From Narcine bancroftii (Eukaryota): a stretch of 64,000 nt of DNA. The notes under the pieces are model-generated. The model was not told where the DNA came from, made no database searches, and saw only the letters and a program-made list of their open reading frames with translations. How positions within the stretch are numbered: the stretch's first letter is position 1; every line of letters starts with the position of its first letter. Both the position numbers and the translations under genes were made by a program. Shown here in pieces: positions 39,766 through 49,570 of this stretch. Location: assembly GCF_036971445.1 (NCBI RefSeq), contig NC_091470.1:191332001-191396000 (forward strand). Reading direction: 5' to 3'.

Positions 39766-40689
39766 ACCATTAAGAATCCACCATTAACCATGAACTCCTG
39801 CCTTTAGTTTTTTTCTTACACTTTACACACATCACATTCAACTCCATCTGCTACTTCTCTGCCAAGCGCTGCATCCAGTCACCCTCACACAGGCACACAC
39901 CAGGAACTTAACTAGATCCCAGCCATCCCAACCAATGGTGTGTCTACTTGCTGACACGCTGACTGGCATTTTATTATAAATTTAACTAATTTAAACTCCC
40001 GAACCATCCCCCTAACCCACAGGAAAGAATTACCAGAATTTAACCAAAACAAACGTCAGGGTAGGTACGAGGTGAGGGGTTGTAATCTACGCAAGTGGAC
40101 AGAAGACAGAGTCACCTCTGAACAAAGACCTGTATCAAAGAGGCAGGGAAGTCCATGGACCAATGCTAGATAATAAAATTAGTACACATGGGATGGCACA
40201 GCTGTTGTAACCCAAACTGCCTAGTTTTGGGCACAGTGTGGACCGCCAGATGGCAATATGCAGGGTGTCCCCAGGATTAAGACACCCCATCCCCTCCCAA
40301 GTGATCGTGCACCCAATGCCACAACAGGAATAAAGTACCATCTCCACCCACCCTCCACCCTTGATCCCCGCACTCCCACGCCTCAGGATCCCACGCCCAC
40401 CCCCTCCAAAGAGATCTTCTGCCCCCATGACCCAAAGGCATGCAGTGCAACCTCCACCCACCTTACCCCCTCCACCAAGGATCTCCCCCCACCTCCAGGG
40501 ATCCATTCCCCCCCCCCCACCTGGACCCAGTGCCCAGTCCCCCCCCCCCACCCCAGGGACCTGACACCCCCTTCCCCGTTGGGATCTTGCGCCCCCTTCC
40601 CTTCCTCAACCCCGGAATCTGGAGCCCCCACCCCCCCCCCCCATCCGATGTCCGTCCCCCTCATCTTCATTTTCCCTCCAAACGCTGGG

Positions 40690-41360
40690 ATCCGGTGCCC
40701 CTCCTTTTCACTCGCCGCCCCTCTCCCCTATATGGATCCGCCGCCCCCCCCCCTCTCCCGGGGACCGGCCCGTCACGCCGGTAAGACAGGACTCCCGTCC
40801 ATGCGGTGGCTGGTGCCCGGGACCGGCGGGCGGACAGCGCCGGGAGTCGGGGAGAGGTTGCACCCCGCCGACGGCTTGCAGGCCCGATGCTCGAGCGCGC
40901 GGGGGTGAGAAGGGTCCCGGGGATGTTCTCACCTCTCCGCGGCAGCACCTCTCGTTCATAGATGGGAATGTTGTTCCACACACGCCCAACATGTCCTGGT
41001 AAACCGCCTCCGGATCCTCCTTGTTCCAGCGGTCCACGTTGCTCTGCATCCACTCCTTCACCACCACAAACCTCCTTAGGACGGGGTCTAAGTACCAGAT
41101 CACCTCACCGTCGTAGATCGATTTTCTGACGAAGGTCCATTCCCCACGGCGCTGCTGTTGAACTCACAGCCCTGAATAATGAGTCAACGAGTGAGCTCCT
41201 GGGTGGGAGGGAGACAGGACACAGAGTCACCCCCGCCCCACTCTGGGCATCCCCTCTCCAGCATCAGGCCCGCAGGCTGCAGCCCCCGCCCTCATTCCAG
41301 TTCCCACCCCACACCGTCCATCCCCCCGCAAGGCTGGAACCTCGGATATATCCGCAGTCC
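40690..41360. other. CpG island spanning MHC II beta exon 2 and the start of intron 2
   Basis: Dense CpG (e.g. gggaccggcgggcggacagcgccggg, tcgagcgcgcggggg) against a CpG-depleted background. Confidence 0.7.
40933..41198 (-). CDS. mhc2b: MHC class II beta chain, exon 2 (beta-1 peptide-binding domain); frameshifted as assembled (possible pseudogene or consensus error)
   Basis: Acceptor cctgtctccctcccacccAG| and donor G|GTGAGA. Frame-corrected translation: GAHSLTHYSGCEFNSSAxGEWTFVRKSIYDGEVIWYLDPVLRRFVVVKEWMQSNVDRWNKEDPEAVYQDMLGVCxNNIPIYEREVLPRR. It has the beta-1 Cys pair, the NSS glycosylation site and W61/N62/N82 equivalents, and resembles the shark class II beta motifs GAHS...C.FNS...WM.SNVDRWN...C..NIPI recalled from nurse shark. 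Length 266 nt (net -1). Confidence 0.9.
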
Positions 41361-41560
41361 CGCCCCTTCCCTCTTTAATCGCCCCCTTTCCTANNNNNNN
41401 NNNNNNNNNNNNNNNNNNNNNNNNNNNNNNNNNNNNNNNNNNNNNNNNNNNNNNNNNNNNNNNNNNNNNNNNNNNNNNNNNNNNNNNNNNNNNNNNNNNN
41501 NNNNNNNNNNNNNNNNNNNNNNNNNNNNNNNNNNNNNNNNNNNNNNNNNNNNNNNNNNNN

Positions 41561-41740
41561 CTCCCCCCCTCCTCCCTCCCCCCTCCTCCCTCCCCCCCTC
41601 CTCCTCCCCCCCTCCTCCCTCCCCCCTCTCCCTCCCCCCCCTCCTCCCTCCCCCCCCTCCTCCTCCCCCCCCTCCTCCCTCCCCCCCCTCCTCCCTCCCT
41701 CCCCCCTCCTCCCCCCTCCTCCCTCCCCCTCCCCCCCTCC
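41561..41740. repeat. Pure C/T low-complexity tract next to the N gap 41394-41560, in intron 1
   Basis: Only C and T on the plus strand. Confidence 0.9.
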
Positions 41741-41744
41741 TGGC

Positions 41745-44635
41745 AGTTCATTACCAACAGTATCCAAAACTGTACTTTTGAGGCCACAGGATACCCTGCA
41801 CTGACTACATGTTCCTTTGTGACAGAGGCTCCGCTACTGGTTTCCTGCCTCCAGGTGCAACTGCCCATCATTCCCTTTGCCTCCTGAATGATCTGCTGCA
41901 CAGTTCCCCCAACTCTGGAGAACTGCAGTTGGGTGCACTTGTACTGTCCCAGATTTCCCACATCCTGGAAGAGGAGCACACTACTGCCCTGGCTGCCATT
42001 CCCTCAGCTCAGACTGTACGATAAGTAAACACTACCCAAAACTCGCCTGTTCCTTTTTCCTCAGGAGGCACCATCATTGCCATCACTTCCTCACCATCTG
42101 CTCTCCAAAGCCTTGACCTAAAGATTCAAAGTCCAATCTGGACACTAGCTGCTCCAACAATGGTCACTCCCTTTGTTAATGCAAATCTGCATTCATCAAA
42201 GAGGTGGGCAACAGCCTCTACTTCACCGCAATCATCCCGCAGACTGTGTGTGGAAGGTGATGTTCCAGTCATGCAGGAAGGATCTCACTGGGAGGCCCCT
42301 TCTCTCTACCAGCCCAGCAAAGTCCTGGTGCTTGATAGTGAGCCCTGGCAATGAGGAATTCTACAAGATGTCCTGGAGAGTCTGCTCTGGGAACCATCCC
42401 ACCAGGTCCATCAAGACTTCATCTCTCAGTTTCTGCAGGATGAACCATGCTGACCACTGCCTGGTGGCCTTGTGGTCAAAGTTGTTGTTCTGGAAAAACA
42501 TTTCCAAATCATAGGTGGGGCCAGGCCTATCCTTTGCAATGCCACTTGGTGCCTTCATACTTTGGATCCTTGTACAGCCCAATTCATATGAATACAAAGG
42601 TAGTCATCAGGATGAGGGCCAAGTTGGGTACAACCTTGTCACCATTTTCTGGTGCCTTCAGACCCAATTCATTCTGGACACCCTTATGAATCAGAAACCT
42701 GCTCTGGTAAATGCCAGGGTGGAGATTCAGGAGATGGGCCACCTGCATCACTTACAGCAGCACTGGGAGCACCTCCCACCTGATGACCAGGTTCTTTGCC
42801 ATTATTGAGAGGGAGTGCTAAGCCCACGGTCCCAAATTTTGGTGGACTTTTGTGATCCACTCCAACCAATCTTTGCTGAGCGCCTTAGTGGACCGCTCAG
42901 GCCAGTTACCAAAAAAGTATTGCCTCAGTTTGCTTTGAGCTTACCTTGGTGCACGTAAACTCAAACTGCCCACATATGCTGGTCAGTCTCCAGACCAATC
43001 GTATATCCAAAGATAGAAATGTCGTACATGTACAGGGAGGCCTTAACCCGAGTGCCTCCACTGTCCAGCAAACATTACTCCTCTTTTGTCCTCATCCTTC
43101 CTGATGGATTCATCAAAGGCCTCTATCCAGCACCCAAATAAGCCTTGCCCACCTCCGGACTTGATAGAGAAGCTGTCTGTTTCCCACCTATTGATTTGGA
43201 CTGCACTACAGATATTTGTGTGGAACAGTTTAATCCAATTCCAAATTCCTTCCCCAAAGCCCATTTTGGATAACTCATTCACATTGTGTATGTGTGTGAC
43301 ATCTAGTCAAAAGCCCTCTCCTAGTCTAAGTTGACCAGGCAGGAATCCACTCCCCTCCCTGCACGTAGGCAATGGTATCCTTGAGGAGCATATCAGAGAT
43401 CTTCCTGCCCAGGACCATGCAGGGCAGGTCTGGGTGGATACCTACCCCAGGTCAGACTTGACGATTCATAATGGCCCTGGACAAGACTTTGTCATCAATA
43501 TTTAGCAATGATATGGGTTTCCATTTCCTGATATACTCCTCCTTCTGCCACCTGTTTGAAGATTAGGATGATGATGCCCTTTTTCATGGGAGTCAGACAT
43601 ACTTCCTGCCAGAGGAGCATAGCATTGTACACTTCCAGCCAGTCTGGGCCCACCCAGTCCCACAGACCCATGTACAACTCAGCCAGAGTTTTACTTGATC
43701 CAAATGAATGGATGGAGTCTCGCAGCTCCCCCAGAGTAATTGACGGATCAAACAAGTTCCTTGTACTGTCATGCAAGACTTCTATGATAGAGAACAGGAT
43801 GTTTTGGGAGGCCATTCTGTCTATCAACATAAAAGGATCTGCAGCTCCATGCTGAGGTTCTTCCTGTCCCGGCTGGTGTGAAGGATAAGCTTGGCCCTGT
43901 TGCTGTGCAAAGTCCCAGTCAGCTGGACTTCACCTCACCACCTATCCTTCATGGAAATGTTTTTCCAGACAAAATTTTGAGCACAAGTCCATCAGGCAGT
44001 GGTCAGCATGGAACATCCTGCAGAAAATGAGAGACACACAAAGCCTCATTGCCAGGACTTGGCCTGGCTGGCACTGAGGATATCCCAGTCAAATCCTCCT
44101 GTACAATTGGAACATCACCATCCACACACATTGTCTCCAAGATGACTGCAGTTCAGCAGAGACAGTAACTCATCTCTTTGCACAATGCATATTCAGCATA
44201 TGGAGAATGCAAGGGTTCTTGTCACAGTTCATCCCCAGTGGCAGCAGGACAGAGGACTCTCCAATCTACATGCTGTTGCCGGGGACACACACAGAGTCCA
44301 ACTTCTAGAACTGCTGGAAGACCATTAACTGGGTGAAAGATTCACTTTAGGAGTACGTGCTGAGGTTTGCTGCTGACAACGAGATGGCACTGTGCGTGTG
44401 TGGTGGGGCGGGGGGCGCGGAAAGATAGAAAGGTCCACAGTCTCGAGTCCTCCCATTATTGGGCAGTAAGGGGGAAGTTCCTCAAACTGGGATTTTTTGT
44501 GGGGATGGGGTCACAAGTAACAAGATGGCGATTATGCTGAAAATAGAGAACATGTAATAATGATGGGAACATGATACTAAGGGTGGGAAGCAACTTAGAA
44601 AAGTTTTGTTTTGTAAATAAAGTCTATTTTGGAGA
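41745..44635. mobile_element. Two Tx1-type LINE fragments in intron 1 (minus ~41745-43860; plus ~43870-44635)
   Basis: LSKMGFGEGIWNWIKLFH, FFQNNNFDHKATRQWSA and VLMDLVGWFPEQT motifs; AATAAA tail at ~44617. Confidence 0.75.
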
Positions 44636-44829
44636 AACCACCTGAAAGCTCAATAAATTGGACTAAAAAAAGAGAACTTCCCTCTTGCCAGGTGCCGAGA
44701 ACCAAGAGCTGGTCTCAAAGTGAAGAGAGAAAACTTTCTTTACGTAGCCGCTGGTGAATCACCCGAAATACAATTTGATTAAATTGCGGCCATAAACCGA
44801 AGAGGTGAAACGTCCAAGCCACACACTGA

Positions 44830-45250
44830 AGTGCATCACATATTTTCCAACTCACGGGACCGAGCCGACGATTCGCCCGCAGGACTTGGCCGATCCTTTC
44901 CCACTGAACCCATCACATCGGTCCGGACCTCAGGCTCACCCAGCCCCAGGGATGGAAGTGGAGCCGCTGAGAGCCGGCGGGACACTGGGACAGGGGCACA
45001 GAGGCGACGGGACCCCGGGACTCACCGACTCCGACCTCCCGCTGTCCACGGAGATGCGCGGAGCAGAGGAGCAGGGACACCCGAAACCACGAAGCGCCGA
45101 ACGGAGCTGTCCATTCCCTCATTATCGCTCGCTGGTCACACAGGGAACTGCGACGCTCTCTTCCGACCCGCTTTAAATATAGGGCGCCGAATGCACCAAT
45201 CACAACCGGCAAAAAGGGAACCAATCATGAACGGGCAAGGCGGGCAGGGA
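44830..45250. other. CpG island over the MHC II beta promoter, exon 1 and start of intron 1
   Basis: High GC content and CpG density. Confidence 0.7.
45026..45122 (-). CDS. mhc2b: MHC class II beta chain, exon 1 (signal peptide): MREWTAPFGASWFRVSLLLCSAHLRGQREVGV+G
   Basis: ATG at 45122, 50 bp below a TATATTTAAA box. 97 nt (32 codons + 1) with a hydrophobic FRVSLLLC core, ending at a consensus G|GTGAGT donor (intron starts 45025). Phase 1 joins exon 2 as G|GA GCT CAC = GAH. Lies in a CpG-rich island. Confidence 0.8.
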
Positions 45251-45312
45251 GGAGCCAATCACAAGCGGGAATTGGGGAACCAACCACAAAGTTGAAGGAA
45301 GGAGTTTCTGGG
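45170..45312 (-). promoter_or_regulatory. Proximal promoter of the MHC class II beta gene: TATA box plus three Y/inverted-CCAAT boxes and one degenerate copy
   Basis: On the minus strand: TATATTTAAA (45181-45172), TGATTGG at plus-strand CCAAT 45196-45200, 45221-45225 and 45255-45259, GTGGTTGG near 45280-45287, an opposite-orientation CCAAT at 45271-45275, and partial X-like CCCAGAAAC at 45312-45304. Confidence 0.75.
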
Positions 45313-45637
45313 CAGACCAGAGCGCTAGATGGAGGCGCTTGGAGCAATTACGGAGGTGCTGGGGGGAGATGGGGAGCTGCCCACTGGCTGCCTGTGGTAT
45401 CAAGGCTCTGTGGGTCTGGGTGGGGCCGGACCATGAGGAAGGGCATTAACGCTCTCCTCTGCACACAGAATGGGGAGGAGGATATCAGGAATTGGACCAC
45501 CATATCAGTGTTAAATATTGATTACAAATTCCTCCACTGCCCTCCATAACATGATGACCCTCCACTACACATGTCCAGTATAGAAATGAAGAGAGTGTCA
45601 TCAAGATCCTCGTAGTTCAATTAACTATTCAGCACAT

Positions 45638-47312
45638 CTCTGTATACGCTTATCTTTGTGAGGTTTTTCAGTTGGTTGTTTTTCCAGACTCTTTTGTGTA
45701 GTCTTCCAAAGGCACTATTTGCCTTGGCGAGTCTGTTGTCTATCTCATTGTCGATCCTTGCATCTGCTGAAATGGTGCAGCCGAGATAGGTAAACTGGTT
45801 GACCGTTTTGAGTTTTGTGTGCCCGATGGAGATGTGGGGGGGCTGGTAGTCATGGTGGGGAGCTGGCTGATGGAGGACCTTAGTTTTCTTCAGGCTGACT
45901 TCCAGGCCAAACATTTTGGCAGTTTCCGCAAAGCAGGACGTCAAGCGCTGAAGAGCTGGCTCTGAATGGGCAACTAAAGCAGCATCGTCTGCAAAGAGTA
46001 GTTCACGGACAAGTTTCTCTTGTGTCTTGGTGTGAGCTTGCAGGCGCCTCAGATTGAAGAGACTGCCATCCGTGCGGTACCGGATGTAAACAGCGTCTTC
46101 ATTGTTGGGGTCTTTCATGGCTTGGTTCAGCATCATGCTGAAGAAGATTGAAAAGAGGGTTGGTGCGAGAACACAGCCTTGCTTCACGCCATTGTTAATG
46201 GAGAAGGGTTCAGAGAGCTCATTGCTGTATCTGACCCGACCTTATTGGTTTTCGTGCAGTTGGATAATCATGTTGAGGAACTTTGGAGGACATCCGATGC
46301 GCTCTAATATTTGCCAAAGCCCTTTCCTGCTCACGGTGTCGAAGGCTTTGGTGAGGTCAACAAAGGTGATGTAGAGTTCTTTGTTTTGTTCTCTGCACTT
46401 TTCTTGGAGCTGTCTGAGGGCAAAGACCATGTCAGTAGTTCCTCTGTTTGCGCGAAAGCCGCACTGTGATTCTGGGAGAATATTCTCGGCGACACTAGGT
46501 ATTATTCTATTTAGTAGAATCCTAGCGAAGATTTTGCCTGCAATGGAGAGCAACGTGATTCCCCTGTAGTTTGAGCAGTCTGATTTCTCGCCTTTGTTTT
46601 TGTACAGGGTGATGATGGTGGCATCACGAAGATCCTGAGGCAGTTTTCCTTGGTCCCAACAAAGCTTGAAAAACTCATGCAGTTTGTCATACCCACACTC
46701 CTGTTCGGCTCCAAATTATGGGTCCTCTACCGGCATCACCTACGGCTCCTAGAACGCTTCCACCAGCGTTGTCTCCGCTCCATCCTCAACATCCATTGGA
46801 GTGCTTTCATCCCTAACGTCGAAGTATTCGAGATGGCAGAGGTCGACAGCATCGAGTCCACGCTGCTGAAGATCCAGCTGCGCTGGATGGGTCACGTCTC
46901 CAGAATGGAGGACCATCGCCTTCCCAAGATCGTGTTCTATGGCGAGCTCTCCACTGGCCACCGTGACAGAGGTGCACCAAAGAAAAGGTACAAGGACTGC
47001 CTAAAGAAATCTCTTGGTGCCTGCCACATTGACCACCGCCAGTGGGCTGATATCGCCTCAAACCGTGCATCTTGGCGCCTCACAGTTGGGCGGGCAGCAA
47101 CCTCCTTTGAAGAAGACCGCAGAGCCCACCTCACTGACAAAAGGCAAAGGAGGAAAAACCCAACACCCAACCCCAACCAACCAATTTTCCCCTGCAGCCG
47201 CTGCAACCGTGTCTGCCTGTCCCGCATCGGACTTGTCAGCCACTAACGAGCCTGCAGCTGACGTGGACTTTTACCCCCTCCATAAATCTTCGTCCGCGAA
47301 GCCAAGCCAAAG
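45638..47312 (+). mobile_element. Young RTE LINE with 5' inversion (inverted 45638-~46684, forward ~46684-47312)
   Basis: Minus-strand RT ORFs (LLFADDAALVAH) abut the plus-strand C-terminus (VIPTLLFG...CSRCNRVC); TSD attcagcacat (45627-45637) / attcaggacat (47313-47323). Confidence 0.9.
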
Positions 47313-47591
47313 ATTCAGGACATGCAACATTCCTCACTTCCTGAGTGGATAAGGCGACCGGCCACATCATGTCAGCTTTCTACAGAAGCTCTACCTAGTG
47401 TCTTGGCTGCCTACATCACAGGTTGATGTAGGAAATTGGACCATAAGAGCAATGGAGAGGATCACTGGGGGTCTCCCTCCCCCCATCGACATGATTCATT
47501 GGGATTATTTTATGAAGAGGGTGCGCAGAATCATTGAGGACTACCACCACCCCACACACAGTATTTATTTTTATTTTAAATTTAGACACAG

Positions 47592-49570
47592 TGTAGTGTT
47601 TTTCCTACATGAGTGTGGAAAAGAATGACACACTCACCAATGTTTTGGAAAAAGACTGGTTTGTGGCTCTGACTATTGCACTTATATGGCCCTCTGGTGC
47701 TGACGTCAGGGCCCTATGTCATCGGAGCACCGGCCTGGGATTGGTCGATGTTCCCGCCAGAGTTCCCCATCTTCCCTTCATACAGAAGTCACCTGAGATG
47801 AAGGACGGTGTCTCCCCCAGGTCTGTGCGATCACCGCGGTCTCCATGCACAGACTGCTACACAACCCCATCACCCCCCCCCCAGAACCGGCAATTGGGCC
47901 ATTGCCTATAGCCTTGGGTGGCCTGGCCCTGTGTCATGGGGACCAGCTCATCATGGTCCAGCTATGCCAATTTCAAGCAATCAACTGTAAAAGTATCCTC
48001 CTTACCACTGATATCGAGGACAAAGGTGGAACCATTGTCCCTAATGACCTTGTAGAGCCCTTTGTAGGGTTGTTATAGGGGTGGCCAATGTGCACCCCTT
48101 CTCATGAATGCATACTGACGTCTAAATCCCTGGGGACATTCTGTTTGGGCTCGCCATATGGTGGAGGTTGCTGTGGGACCAGGAATCCCAGTTTTTACCG
48201 CAGGTTCTTGAGGGTTGCTGCGGGGTCTTCCAAGCGTTTATCATAGCCAGGAACTCCCTGGGGATGATCAAAGGCATGCCGTAGACCATCTCCACCTCCG
48301 ACACATTGAGTCCCCAATAGGACTTCCATCCAATTAGGACCCTTGAGCCGGGCCATCAAAGCAGCCTCGAGATGCTGTGGAAGTGCTCCACCAACTCACT
48401 AGGGTTAGGGTTAGGGCCAGAGGGTGATATGCCATGGTGTGGTAGAGCTGTGGCCCCAGAAAGTTAGACAACACTGCCCAGAGCTCAGAGGTGAATTATG
48501 CCCCCCTCCCTATCCGAGGTTAGGTCCTCTGGGCCCAGAATCAGAACACCCATGTGTCAATGAGTGCCATGGAGCAGGTTTCTATGGTGGTATCAGCCAG
48601 TGGGACTGCCTCAGGCCACCTCATGGAGCAGTCAGCTGTGGTCAAGAGGTATCTCACCCCATGTTAATGGCCCCACTATATCACAGATGTGACTGAACCT
48701 GTGACACGCTGGTTCAGGGGTCTGTGTGGGCACTCTCGTGTTAATCTGCACTTTAGATGACTGACGTTTCATGCAGGATTTTGCCAACTGCCTGACCTGT
48801 TTATGGAGGCCATGCCAGACAAACCTGTTGGCCACCATTTTGACTGTGGTGTGGATTGCGGGGTGCACCAGGTTGTGGATGGCGTCAAAAATCTGGCATC
48901 TCCATGCAGCCAGAACAATGGGGCTGGGGCTGCCATTAAAAACATCGCACAGCAGTGTCAGGTTATCTGGACCAACAGAGACGTCCTCCCCCAGAGGTAG
49001 AATCTGAAAAGTTCTGGTGTGCACCAAGTGCTGTCCCTTGAGGACAGTAAGTAGGCAGTGGCATGAAGGAAGTTGGCCCCAGGAGCAGTTGTGCCACTGC
49101 TGTGAGGGTAAAGGTCTGTTTAAAGTGGCTCTGGCCGAAACGAAGGGGGATGGTGCAGGTACCAAAAGTCCAAATGGAGGAGCTGTTGACTGTCCTCAGT
49201 GTTGGGCCCTGCTTGCCGTTGCAGGTGTCAAGGCCTGCAGGGGGAAGAATGCTTATCTCAGTGCCATTGTCAACCAGGAAACGCCTGCCCGACAGTTCCA
49301 GATGGAGAGGAGGCTATCATGTGGGCCAACAGGCATGCAATTATCAATAGTTGGCCAGGGCATTTCCCAGTAACATGCAGGGTGGGTGGCATCGACAGGC
49401 CTCTGCACCCCATGGCTGATAATAGCATTGCTGTCCCGGGGAATTAACTTGCCTCTCTGCTCGTCTTGGTCTCGCAGGTGGCTGTTTGTTGGGCTTGCTG
49501 ATGTGGTCTAAAACAGGACTGGTGTCCTTCTTCGCTCTCCAGAGCATGTTCACCCAGGCCACGACCCTCC
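47592..49570 (-). mobile_element. Gypsy element (second family): 3' LTR ~47592-47860, integrase and gag remnants
   Basis: IHNLVHPAIHTTVKMVANRFVWHGL...KSC zinc-binding integrase motif; G-run PPT next to the LTR. Confidence 0.75.

Noticed and set aside
47701-47744. Perfect CRE (TGACGTCA) plus ATTGG 2.5 kb upstream of the gene
   Set aside because: Belongs to a Gypsy LTR; spacing does not match X2-Y and there is no X1.
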